This document shows, in pieces, positions 28,400-37,474 of a stretch of 64,000 bases of DNA. The position numbers were made by a program, and so were the translations under genes. This DNA comes from an uncultured Candidatus Saccharibacteria bacterium (GTDB lineage: Bacteria; Patescibacteriota; Dojkabacteria; GCA-002793355). The stretch is taken from assembly GCA_964525295.1 (NCBI GenBank), contig CAZGEO010000001.1, positions 572,314-636,313 of the forward strand, read 5' to 3'. The notes under the pieces are model-generated. The model had not been told where the DNA came from, did no database searches, and worked only from the letters and a program-made list of their open reading frames with translations. Every line of letters starts with the position of its first letter. The stretch's first letter is position 1.

Positions 28400-28752
28400 C
28401 AGTGGTAGTTTATGTCTAAGTTAGTAATCATTACAGAGGTAATTTCTTCTGGCTGATCAGAAATCGGAGTGCCATCATCATTGTAAGGAGTGATGATCAT
28501 TCGAAACGGCTCAATCGTTGTAAGCGCGTATGATCCCTGATCTTTCCCGATTAGCGGATGAAAGTTTAATTGTTTTAATCCGTAAAGGTCTTTTAAATTT
28601 TTTGCTGCGCAGAGTTCTGCGTGCCTTATCAAAAGAACCTTTCCCTTACGGTCGCCAAACTCCGCTTTAGCTTTGCCTAGTTTTTTCTCCATTTTGTTAT
28701 TGGAAAAGAAGACTTTCATTAATATTCTATACTGTATCTTATCCGTTGTCAA
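28399..28752 (-). CDS. HigB-like (RelE/ParE superfamily) toxin
   Basis: C-terminal FHPLIGKDQGSYALTT...ITNLDINYH parallels HigB LHPLKGDREGYWSI...ILNYEDYH. Toxin-first order with 1-nt overlap onto the antitoxin. Confidence 0.6.
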   Translation of the reverse strand: MTTDKIQYRILMKVFFSNNKMEKKLGKAKAEFGDRKGKVLLIRHAELCAAKNLKDLYGLKQLNFHPLIGKDQGSYALTTIEPFRMIITPYNDDGTPISDQPEEITSVMITNLDINYH

Positions 28753-28832
28753 TAAAATTGTAACCTGTTAGGTTACAGTATTCTACGCTTTTGCACAAAA
28801 CATTACAAGTACAAAAGAAATGAGTTACAATA

Positions 28833-30392
28833 TTGAATATGAAATTTGGATTTAGAACACCTTCACTCAAGAAGAGTATATCTGCAAGACTATCCCCAAA
28901 GCGTGCGATAAAAAATGCCTTGGGCTTGCGAATGCCCCGTGGTACAGGTTGGATAACTAATCCTAAAAAAGCACTTTATAACAAAGTCTACAATAAAACG
29001 ACATTCGGAGTAAAAGATATCATGAAATCGTCATCAAGAAAGAGCGTTCCTACAAAAAGCAGTACGGCAGGAACGAGTAACCCACTTGCCATTTGGTTAC
29101 TTATTGCAGGTGCATTACTGCTTTGCGGTCAACCTTGGTTTTCTGTTTTAATTGTTATTGGCTTAGTTATATATAACATGATGCCATCACAGAAAGCATT
29201 AAGTTACGCAAAAATAGCAGTTCAATCATTTGATAATGGAAATAAAGAGGGCGCAGTTTTAAATGCTAAAAATGCATTTGAATTACAACCGAAAAATCCA
29301 GAATATAAGCGATTGTATGCATTCGCATTAAATAATGTTGGAAAGTATCAAGAAGCACAGGATCTACTTGAAGAATACGTAACTGCAAACCCAACAAGAG
29401 AGGATGTCTTGTTTGTATTGGGCTACTGTTATTATAAAAACGAAAAACTTGAACATGCGAGAAAATGTTTACAACAAATCTCACCTGAATCGTCTGATTA
29501 TGTTAGGTCAATCGTAGTCATTGCTGATACATATACAAAAGAAAATAAACTTGATTTAGCATTAGCAGTTCTCAAAGAAGGTCCACTTAGAAAAAGAATT
29601 TCAGATGACTCCTTAGTTATGTTGCATTATCAATTGGCTTGCTTGTACGAATTGCGAGGAGAGAAAAAGAAAGCAATAAACGAATTTGCAAAAGTGATGG
29701 CAGTCGACCCAGAACATGCAGACACAGAACAGCGAATAAATGCATTAATGGGAACGGAGTCACCAAATATTCAATTATCTGAGCCTAAAATTATCGAGCC
29801 AACAGATGAAGGTAATGTTCCAACGATAAATCTAAAGGAATGGTTTAGTTCAGCTTTTACCTTGGAAGAACAGCAATATATGAATACCGTCTTTCAACCT
29901 TTAGGAAGTAATTCTACGCTAACTCAAGACATAAACAGTTTGTCTGAAAATGAAGCATTAAGCTTTCTTACAGCTTTGGTAGGTTGGTTTGATAATCCAC
30001 GAGATAGAAAATTCGCATTTGTCATAATTAAAAAAGCAGAAGAATATGTAAGTCAAGCAGATATTCTTGACCAGCATTTCTTTTGGTCAACCAAAATGAA
30101 ACTTTTTTATAAAGAGCGAGAATCAAATCCAGAGAATCTTGAAATTGCTATAAAATCAGCACAAAAACAAATCTCACTTGCTCCGAGAGCATCAATTGCT
30201 TTTAAAAAAGAAATGCCAGGCCCGCTACCGTTTCATGAAGGATATGTTCAACTGTGCATTATTCTTGATAAGCAAGGTAAATATGAAGAGGCAATTGCTT
30301 TAGCGCAAAAGGCTAAAAGCGAAGGGTGGAACGAAGATTGGGATAAGCGAATAGAAAGACTTAAATCAAAAATTGCTAAAAAGTCGGCTTGA
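28833..30392 (+). CDS. Tetratricopeptide-repeat membrane protein
   Basis: Basic N-terminal region, one TM (AIWLLIAGALLLCG), then several TPR-like helical repeats (AFALNNVGKYQEAQDLLEEY..., LACLYELRGEKKKAINEFAKVMAVDP). Confidence 0.55.
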   Translation: MNMKFGFRTPSLKKSISARLSPKRAIKNALGLRMPRGTGWITNPKKALYNKVYNKTTFGVKDIMKSSSRKSVPTKSSTAGTSNPLAIWLLIAGALLLCGQPWFSVLIVIGLVIYNMMPSQKALSYAKIAVQSFDNGNKEGAVLNAKNAFELQPKNPEYKRLYAFALNNVGKYQEAQDLLEEYVTANPTREDVLFVLGYCYYKNEKLEHARKCLQQISPESSDYVRSIVVIADTYTKENKLDLALAVLKEGPLRKRISDDSLVMLHYQLACLYELRGEKKKAINEFAKVMAVDPEHADTEQRINALMGTESPNIQLSEPKIIEPTDEGNVPTINLKEWFSSAFTLEEQQYMNTVFQPLGSNSTLTQDINSLSENEALSFLTALVGWFDNPRDRKFAFVIIKKAEEYVSQADILDQHFFWSTKMKLFYKERESNPENLEIAIKSAQKQISLAPRASIAFKKEMPGPLPFHEGYVQLCIILDKQGKYEEAIALAQKAKSEGWNEDWDKRIERLKSKIAKKSA

Positions 30393-30771
30393 TAGCGAAA
30401 TTATCGAATCAATATTTATTAAAAGTTGGTTCGACATCCATCCCCTCAGGTCCATTTTTCAAATTTCTCTTGCTCACTACCGCTGAAACATTCGTTTCAT
30501 CGGGATACGCTCGCAATCCGAAATTTGAGAAAATGCAGGAGACAGCAAGAGGAATTTGAAAAAGTGAAGAATGCTGGGGAATCGAAACTTGAGAAAAACG
30601 TGAACGATTTCACGTTTGACGAGAGCGAGGCTACGCCTAACAACCTTTGAAAATACAATGTGCAATTTTAGTGGCGGGCCAGCAAGGTGATGTTTGAGAA
30701 AAATTCCCGAAAGTAAGTTGGCAAGGCCAAAAATTGGTGGGTGTTCGATTTTCTTTACCCCACTCCCAGTA

Positions 30772-31404
30772 CTATTTTACTCCAACATACTTTATAGATA
30801 GGAGTATTGTTGTAAGTTCTTGTCGTTGTTGAGCATCGAGTGTGTTATTATCACCCCAGCTACCTGACGTTACGAGTATAGTTGTTGTTAAATTTTTGTT
30901 TTTAATAAAGCCAACAATTTCTTTTGTTTTACCTTTAACAATATATTCAGTGTATTGGAAATCTGCTGTTTCAAGAAAGGTTTGTGAATAACAATCAGCA
31001 CTAGGTGTCGTTTCGGCGTCAAACCCACATATATCACCTCTACCAAATTCGTCTGCAAATAATATTGTCATGTTATCTTTTGACATTAAATTCTTGTCTT
31101 CTGAATATTTCCAATCGGTTGGTAAATTCGCTGTAATACTTAGATCTGCTTTGAGTCTATTTTGGGCCTGAATATTTGAAATGTATTTTGATGGATTACT
31201 TGTAATGGTGGGTGTATTACTGATATCTGATGGAGTTGTTGCGGTTGGGGTAATCTGCACAGTATTGTTTTCTGCCTGCTTAAGCTTCGATTTATTGCTA
31301 ATAATTATATAAGTAGTTTGAGCTGTAAGTAATGCAATTAGGATTATAATAATTGCAACAAGGTGTTTTCTTTGTATTTTGCTAATAATTTCGTTAAATG
31401 TCAT
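30772..31404 (-). CDS. Hypothetical secreted Thr-rich protein
   Basis: N-terminal signal/TM anchor, T/S/P-rich linker, Cys-containing C-terminal domain. Confidence 0.4.
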   Translation of the reverse strand: MTFNEIISKIQRKHLVAIIIILIALLTAQTTYIIISNKSKLKQAENNTVQITPTATTPSDISNTPTITSNPSKYISNIQAQNRLKADLSITANLPTDWKYSEDKNLMSKDNMTILFADEFGRGDICGFDAETTPSADCYSQTFLETADFQYTEYIVKGKTKEIVGFIKNKNLTTTILVTSGSWGDNNTLDAQQRQELTTILLSIKYVGVK

Positions 31405-31612
31405 TGTCTATTATACGTAATATTGTGTAAAAAGTAACTATAGTGATCTATCGTCTTAAATACATCGAAGAATCTGCATTTACTTCTGCCGACAAAAGGA
31501 CTTCTTGTCTGTATCGCCCCATACGCTTTTATAGAGATGTCGAGTAGGCGGTTATAATTTTAGACCTGGGCCATTTTCTCACCGAAAACACAAAATCCTA
31601 GTATAATCTCTT

Positions 31613-32212
31613 ATGCACGCCGAAGGAGCAAGGCAATTAGAATTGTTCGCAACAAAATCAAGATTTTTACGACCAGGTAGCATGTTTCCTCGGAAAACTC
31701 TGAATCATATTGGGGAAATTAGTGCTTTGAACGGTGATAGTGCTGAGAAACATGGTATCCGATATGAATGGCCCAAATATAATGATTATGGTGGTGGCTT
31801 TCTTGAGTTTGATTTTAGAGGCCCAAACGACGTATGTCCCGCGGTAGGTGCTGGAAAGTTGGTGATATTGTCGAATCTACAAATAAATAAGCGGTCGAAT
31901 CGCTTAGAAGATGGCACAAAAGAAGGCTTGCTTGCATTCATTACAATGATTGCAACAATTGAACAAATAGCCAGTTTATTACCAGCCAATTCATTAGGAT
32001 TATTCCATGTGGAAAGGGCAACTAAGTACTCACTGCGATTATTTCTTGAACAGGTTCAACTGGGTAATTATCAAGAAATTTCCAAAGAGGATTCGGGCTT
32101 TGAGCTATATTATCAGGGCTACTTTATGGCAGAATATCCATTCAAAGATGCAAGTTTGAAAGAATTTGCATTAAAAGAGGTCGTGGAATGGGGTAGACAA
32201 TACGTGAAATAA
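31613..32212 (+). CDS. Hypothetical protein
   Basis: 199-aa ORF with a TAGTATAAT-like promoter upstream; no motif recognised. Confidence 0.35.
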   Translation: MHAEGARQLELFATKSRFLRPGSMFPRKTLNHIGEISALNGDSAEKHGIRYEWPKYNDYGGGFLEFDFRGPNDVCPAVGAGKLVILSNLQINKRSNRLEDGTKEGLLAFITMIATIEQIASLLPANSLGLFHVERATKYSLRLFLEQVQLGNYQEISKEDSGFELYYQGYFMAEYPFKDASLKEFALKEVVEWGRQYVK

Positions 32213-32271
32213 CGGATGGTTTCCTTGTGAATCCGCTTCATCAGAAACAGCCAAGATATTAATAATTGAGC

Positions 32272-32296
32272 ATTGATAATTAACAATTAATTTCAC
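32272..32296. repeat. 25-nt element ATTGATAATTAACAATTAATTTCAC abutting a stop codon (identical copy at 53051..53075)
   Basis: Exact 25/25 identity between two unrelated gene 3' ends; member of a wider AT-rich AATTGAAAATT / TTAATAATTAA motif family. Confidence 0.6.
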
Positions 32297-32871
32297 CTCC
32301 TCTTCTCCGTTGCCAAATTCTTGGCCCAGTCATTAACCTTGGTGTGGTAAACGGTAAGGGCGAGTTTTTTACCATATTCCGTCAAATACGTTTGGTTAAT
32401 CCAATCCTCATTATTTTCGAGCCATTCTTTCGCTTGTTGGTTGTTGTAAGTGAAAACTTGCTCTTGCAACAATATCATCTGAGCCATTCTATCGGCATCT
32501 TTAACACATTTTGCCTCTAACGATTCACGTTTCCCATACTCTTCAAGTAGCGTCTTGATATTTAGGTGATCTAATTCTTCTGGGAACATTTCAGCAATTG
32601 CCTCCTCTTCGTATGCTTTGACGTATCTTTTGTTAATCCAGGCAATATCACCTGTCCTGGTTTCTGCCGTGTCGTGCGACATTGCCATTAAAAGAACCTT
32701 TTCGATATTTGCGCCCTCGTGCTTTGCAATAATGTAAGCAATCCAGGTTACTAAGTAAGAATGAGTCGCAAGATTGTCGCTTAGGTCGTCGAGTAATAAA
32801 ACAGGGCGGTGGTTTCGAACTATCTTTCGCATTGTTGAAAGTTCAAACAAGAGGTTTGCTTCTTTTTTCAT
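32293..32871 (-). CDS. HD-domain 5'-deoxynucleotidase (YfbR-like)
   Basis: HSYLV...H...MSHDTAETRTGDI...DADR pattern of YfbR-type HD phosphohydrolases. Confidence 0.65.
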   Translation of the reverse strand: MKKEANLLFELSTMRKIVRNHRPVLLLDDLSDNLATHSYLVTWIAYIIAKHEGANIEKVLLMAMSHDTAETRTGDIAWINKRYVKAYEEEAIAEMFPEELDHLNIKTLLEEYGKRESLEAKCVKDADRMAQMILLQEQVFTYNNQQAKEWLENNEDWINQTYLTEYGKKLALTVYHTKVNDWAKNLATEKRR

Positions 32872-32908
32872 AGTTGCTGATTATATAACGTTACTCAATT
32901 GGTGCCCA

Positions 32909-33466
32909 TTATACTTCTAGCAATTTCTTTACCGGTGGGTATACATTCGAGGTGAAAAGTTTTAATGCCTGCTTTTTTGTCACCCATCTTACTTCGACAT
33001 TCTCTTCGTCATCGGCAAGATATGGTTCACCGTGAAGATAATCACATAACCAATATGAAATAATTGCCTTAGTGTCTGGATGAATACGCTTTCCAATGGA
33101 TTTAACGGCCTTGCAATGAACACCAGTTTCTTCTAAACATTCAATTTCTGCACGAGTAGAGGAGCGTTCTTTGTATTTGATCCTTCCTGCGGGGAATTGC
33201 CAAGATAGTGAACCTTCTCGGACTCTTCGATGGAGAACGAGAACTTTATCGTTGTGCATAATAATTGCTACGGCAATTTTTAGTGGCTGCGTGCTTTCGG
33301 TTGATTTGTTAAGGTATTCGGTTAAGGCAGCGTGAGTGACAAGAAAATTCTTGCCTATTCTTATGGTCTTCAGTTCCCCTTTCGATATCTTTGAGAGTAT
33401 GGTGCGGTAGTTGAGATTTAACGCCGATGCTACTTGTTTTGGGGTATAAATTTCCGCTTTCTGCAT
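32909..33466 (-). CDS. Excisionase/MerR-type HTH / NUDIX hydrolase fusion protein
   Basis: N-terminal HTH_17-like (YTPKQVASALNLNYRTILSKISKGELKTIRIGKNFLVTHAALTEYL). Nudix box GRIKYKERSSTRAEIECLEETGV, with REx2EE degenerated to IEx2EE. Confidence 0.65.
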   Translation of the reverse strand: MQKAEIYTPKQVASALNLNYRTILSKISKGELKTIRIGKNFLVTHAALTEYLNKSTESTQPLKIAVAIIMHNDKVLVLHRRVREGSLSWQFPAGRIKYKERSSTRAEIECLEETGVHCKAVKSIGKRIHPDTKAIISYWLCDYLHGEPYLADDEENVEVRWVTKKQALKLFTSNVYPPVKKLLEV

Positions 33467-33544
33467 ATACCATTATATCACGGAGTGTATTTTAGTGTAT
33501 ATAGGTGATGTGTTATTTGTGGTCAGACATTGCTATAATCCTTC

Positions 33545-34096
33545 ATGAACAAATACTGGTATTTCGATATAATTCATAAATATATAAAACCCGGCACACA
33601 GGTGTATCCTTTTTATATAATTCACGTGAATTTAGTAACTGCAAAGGCATTGGCGATAGCGCAGAAATTGAATTTATCTGCAGAAAGTCTACAGTTTATT
33701 GAAGAGGCCTCAATGCTGCACGACATCGGTATTTGTGGAGTAGAAGATGAAGATTTTGGCACAACTGGCGGTCCATACATAACGCACGGAATTCTAGGCT
33801 CTGAAATTCTTCGGAAAGAAGGGTATCCTAAACATGCAAAAGTCGCAGAAAATCATACCGGGGTAGGTCTGTATAAAGATCAAATAGTAGAGAGAAATTT
33901 ACCTCTTCCACATAAAGATTTTGTACCCGAAAATTTGGAAGAAAGAATAATAAGCTATGCAGATCTTTTTTATTCGAAAGTGACTGAAATCCTTTGGCAA
34001 GAGCAATCTTTTGAAAAGATTCGTGCTGGAGTTGGCAAGTACGGACAGAAATATAGCGACATCCTAGAAGCGTGGATTAAAGAGTTCGAGTCATAA
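33545..34096 (+). CDS. HD-domain phosphohydrolase
   Basis: H...HD (ASMLHDIG) ...H...D spacing of the HD superfamily. Confidence 0.6.
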   Translation: MNKYWYFDIIHKYIKPGTQVYPFYIIHVNLVTAKALAIAQKLNLSAESLQFIEEASMLHDIGICGVEDEDFGTTGGPYITHGILGSEILRKEGYPKHAKVAENHTGVGLYKDQIVERNLPLPHKDFVPENLEERIISYADLFYSKVTEILWQEQSFEKIRAGVGKYGQKYSDILEAWIKEFES

Positions 34097-34119
34097 TTCT
34101 CTTAGTATTACAATCTTTT

Positions 34120-34596
34120 ATGATCACCATGCGAATAGCAAATATATCGGATATTCCGGCGGTGCAGAAATTGCATGCCGAACTCTTTACGTATGAAGAT
34201 GCGTTTTTGAAATTGTATAACAATAACTATGACGAATCGGCAGCGAGCACAAAATATTTCAAAAGCAGAATAAATCCAGAAAATGGGCGGATATTTCTTG
34301 CTGAAGAAGGCGGTAAAGTCGTTGGTTATTTGTGTGCAGGCAAAGGCGTAGAAGAGTACCGAGAGGTGCCGAGATATGCAGAAATCGAAAGTTTGTTCGT
34401 TGTGGAAAATTGTAGAGGCCAAAACGTCGGTAAATTGCTAATAAATGCCTTTAAGGAGTGGGCAAGAGCAGAAGGAATAAATCGCCTAAAAGTTGAAGTC
34501 GTGCACTCGAATGTTCGTTCATTGGCTTTTTACCAAAGGGAAGGTTTTTTACCAACATATTTGGAGCTCGAATCAATTGAAATTACGAGCCAGTAA
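34120..34596 (+). CDS. GNAT family N-acetyltransferase
   Basis: Acetyl-CoA motif A NCRGQNVGKLLINAF. Confidence 0.75.
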   Translation: MITMRIANISDIPAVQKLHAELFTYEDAFLKLYNNNYDESAASTKYFKSRINPENGRIFLAEEGGKVVGYLCAGKGVEEYREVPRYAEIESLFVVENCRGQNVGKLLINAFKEWARAEGINRLKVEVVHSNVRSLAFYQREGFLPTYLELESIEITSQ

Positions 34597-34620
34597 TTAA
34601 AAATCAATGCAAGTATCTTG

Positions 34621-35427
34621 TTACCAAACATCACCCTGTTTGTATATTTTCTGATGAACCTTTTTTGCAGGATCATATATCCAATAACCCTCACGGTTAT
34701 CTTTGTTGAATAGGTCCATTTGAATTCCCATTTCTTTGCAGTATTCCTCGTTGTCGGTACATCCAAATGGTCTGTGGTTGATGTTGTAAAGCAAAATTTC
34801 ATTTTGTGACGATGATCCGGGGAGTATCGCTGAAAGTGATATTTCGGTAATTGTTGATTTCCCCGATGAGATTGTTTCTAAATTATCAATGTTGGGGAAG
34901 TTGGCCTTATAGACATTGCCTAGTTCTTTGTCGAAAAGAACTATCTCGTGTTGAGTTTTCCCCTGCTTCTGATAAGTTAAGATTGCATAAGCAATATCGT
35001 CGATTTTCACATCGATCTTTTCGATTACTCTAATGACGCGCTCCTTAAAATTGATTGTGCAGGGTTTATCATTGTTATTGTAATTAGTAATTGAAATTTC
35101 GAATTTTTGTTCGGAATTGTTGCTTAGGAGATAATTCTGCTCTGAAGTTGAAAATGTATAGCGAGAAGTATCCATATTAGATTGATTGTAAAATTCCGAA
35201 ACAATTGCTTCTGAGCATCGTGGATTTTCTTGTGACGCCGAAGTAGTTATACTTGGAATTAAGGTGGGATTTGTTGAAGTCTTTTGCGAATAGTCGAATG
35301 CGGTGCGACCCGCAATATTGTTATTTACAAACACTGCGGCCATTACTATGAAAATAATGATTAAAACAAATTCAACGAGCGCAATGCTTGTTGCATTGCT
35401 TGAGAGAAATTTCTTAATTTGATTCAT
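34621..35427 (-). CDS. Hypothetical membrane-anchored protein
   Basis: N-terminal TM (IALVEFVLIIIFIVMAAVFV), then a soluble Cys-containing domain. The N-terminus is only weakly pilin-like. Confidence 0.4.
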   Translation of the reverse strand: MNQIKKFLSSNATSIALVEFVLIIIFIVMAAVFVNNNIAGRTAFDYSQKTSTNPTLIPSITTSASQENPRCSEAIVSEFYNQSNMDTSRYTFSTSEQNYLLSNNSEQKFEISITNYNNNDKPCTINFKERVIRVIEKIDVKIDDIAYAILTYQKQGKTQHEIVLFDKELGNVYKANFPNIDNLETISSGKSTITEISLSAILPGSSSQNEILLYNINHRPFGCTDNEEYCKEMGIQMDLFNKDNREGYWIYDPAKKVHQKIYKQGDVW

Positions 35428-35466
35428 TGGTCATTATACGTTTTTTCAAGAAGAAAGTAACGTATT

Positions 35467-35976
35467 ATGGAGAAATTTTGGTATTACTATTATAATTGCT
35501 TCATGACACTAACAATTCGCCGCGCATCGGCCTCAGATATTCCGTCGCTTAGGCAGCTTGGTTATGAGCTTCAAGAAAATGAGCGATTATTGTGTCCTGA
35601 CCGTGCTCCGGCAGCGGAAATTGTCGATCAATACAATGCAATCACGCAGAGAGTGGTAGCGTCGGGAGAATGGGTAATTTTTGTCGCGCTTGATGGCGAC
35701 CAATTCGTTGGATATACCGCAGGTGCAATGAATGACCCCGAAGATGATTTGATTAATTTGGCACCAGGATTCCATGTTGACGATATAGTCGTTGCCAAAT
35801 CGCATCGTGGGCAGGGAATTGGTCGTCAGTTGCTTGATGCAATAGGTGAATATGCGAAAGAGCAAGGTGCGAAAAGTATCGAACTAAATGTGTTATCGGC
35901 GAATGTTGAGGCTCAAGCCTTTTACCGAAAGGTGGGCTTTCAAGATTATGAGTTGGTACTGAAGAAGAAGCTGTAG
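35467..35976 (+). CDS. GNAT family N-acetyltransferase
   Basis: VAKSHRGQGIGRQLL motif A. Alternative start at 35503 (MTLTIRR) is possible. Confidence 0.7.
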   Translation: MEKFWYYYYNCFMTLTIRRASASDIPSLRQLGYELQENERLLCPDRAPAAEIVDQYNAITQRVVASGEWVIFVALDGDQFVGYTAGAMNDPEDDLINLAPGFHVDDIVVAKSHRGQGIGRQLLDAIGEYAKEQGAKSIELNVLSANVEAQAFYRKVGFQDYELVLKKKL

Positions 35977-36015
35977 AAGAGTATAAAATTTGTAGTAAAT
36001 CTTCCAATTTTTCGA

Positions 36016-36615
36016 TTATTTGCCAGGCATTCTCTGATATTTTGAGCCAGCAAAGGTTATTCCTTTGCCTGTTACTTTAAAAAGCTCCCGGTCATTATCT
36101 CCATCGCCAATACAGTAGATATCAGTAATTTGTGTGTTGTTTTTCTCGCAATAATCTGTTAGTTGCATTACCTTTGCATTGTAATCATTTGCTACGGTTT
36201 TTATGTCACTAAGGTAATCATTTTCATCAAAAACAAAGTGGTTGTTGGCATACCAGTTTGAGATGCCAAGATCCTTAGCAACGTGTTCAACTAACAAATC
36301 CATAGAGCCACTAATCAAAAGTAGTTTGTGACCACGTGACAGCAATTGACTAATCACTTTTTGAGCCCCTTCAAGGTAGGTGTAGTTAAATAAGGTTTGT
36401 AGGATTGTTTGCTTTGTGTGTCTTCCGGAACTTTTATAAATTCTCAATATAATTTGTTGACCAGCTGCATCACTGATAATACCGCGCTTTCCCCAATCCA
36501 TTAGTATATTATCTTCCTGTTCTGTGACGCCAAGAGCAAGATTAAGATTAAGCCAGGCATTTTCTTTGATAAGTGTTTTGTTGAGGTCAAAGCAGATTGT
36601 CTTTGGAGCGTTCAT
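36016..36615 (-). CDS. HAD-superfamily hydrolase (subfamily IB-like phosphatase)
   Basis: Motif I variant CFDLNKTL near the N-terminus, motif IV GDGDND near the C-terminus. Confidence 0.6.
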   Translation of the reverse strand: MNAPKTICFDLNKTLIKENAWLNLNLALGVTEQEDNILMDWGKRGIISDAAGQQIILRIYKSSGRHTKQTILQTLFNYTYLEGAQKVISQLLSRGHKLLLISGSMDLLVEHVAKDLGISNWYANNHFVFDENDYLSDIKTVANDYNAKVMQLTDYCEKNNTQITDIYCIGDGDNDRELFKVTGKGITFAGSKYQRMPGK

Positions 36616-36627
36616 GAGTATATTATA

Positions 36628-37338
36628 CTAGTACTCCAGTTTCTCTTCATCAGGCTCAGTAATGTATGGCGTAAAAGCTGTAGGATTCGCAAGAAATTCT
36701 TTGATATGTGGCAAGCCTGTTTCAAATCCTTTTCTAAAAATTTTATCGAGTTCAAAGATTTTGTCGATATCGTGCCAAAAGTATTCACCTTCAATATTTT
36801 GTGAATTTGGCGAACCTTCCCATTTTGTTACAAATATGACAAAAAATACTCCATCACCGACTATTTCGCCGGTTTCATTTCTGATGATCTCACGATGAAT
36901 TCCTGCTACTTTGAATTCTGTTGGCACAATAGCTAGTTCTTCTTGTAATTCTCTTCGCATGTTATGTTCTAGTGATTCGCCCCATTTAAGCTTGCCAGTA
37001 ACGGCGCCAATGTAATCATAATGTGGATGCTTTTTTCTTCTGAACAGTAACATTTGCCAATTGCCCTCGTGATATCGCAATAAATCGATAAACATGCTGA
37101 CTTTGAACTGTTTTTGATACTGTCCATCTTCTTCCATCAGCGACACTTGTTGCCTACCTTCTGAAGAAAGTGAGTAGGAGCTGCCATTTTTTAAGATGAG
37201 CCCTTTCGCCACTAATTCTCTTAAATGATAATTGAATAAATCATGATTTCCGCTAGCTTTGTGTAATTCGCCATAGGTTAAACTCGGTGAAAACATAAGT
37301 TTGTTGAGTATTATTTTCCTTGTTTCTGCTTCTGTCAT
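36628..37338 (-). CDS. Winged-HTH / NUDIX hydrolase fusion protein (paralog of 8369..9085)
   Basis: LFNYHLRELVAKGLILK wHTH and Nudix box GKLKWGESLEHNMRRELQEELAI. Same architecture and length as the other copy, though the sequence has diverged. Confidence 0.7.
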   Translation of the reverse strand: MTEAETRKIILNKLMFSPSLTYGELHKASGNHDLFNYHLRELVAKGLILKNGSSYSLSSEGRQQVSLMEEDGQYQKQFKVSMFIDLLRYHEGNWQMLLFRRKKHPHYDYIGAVTGKLKWGESLEHNMRRELQEELAIVPTEFKVAGIHREIIRNETGEIVGDGVFFVIFVTKWEGSPNSQNIEGEYFWHDIDKIFELDKIFRKGFETGLPHIKEFLANPTAFTPYITEPDEEKLEY

Positions 37339-37474
37339 AATTACTTGTAATCGATTTGGATTTTTATCTCAAGTGAGGGTGTACTAACTAGTTTCTGTGC
37401 AAAGAGTAATGCCATATGCGTAAGTTCGGAGCGAATTATGTTGCGACTTTTGCGTACTGTGAGTATAATTTCGC

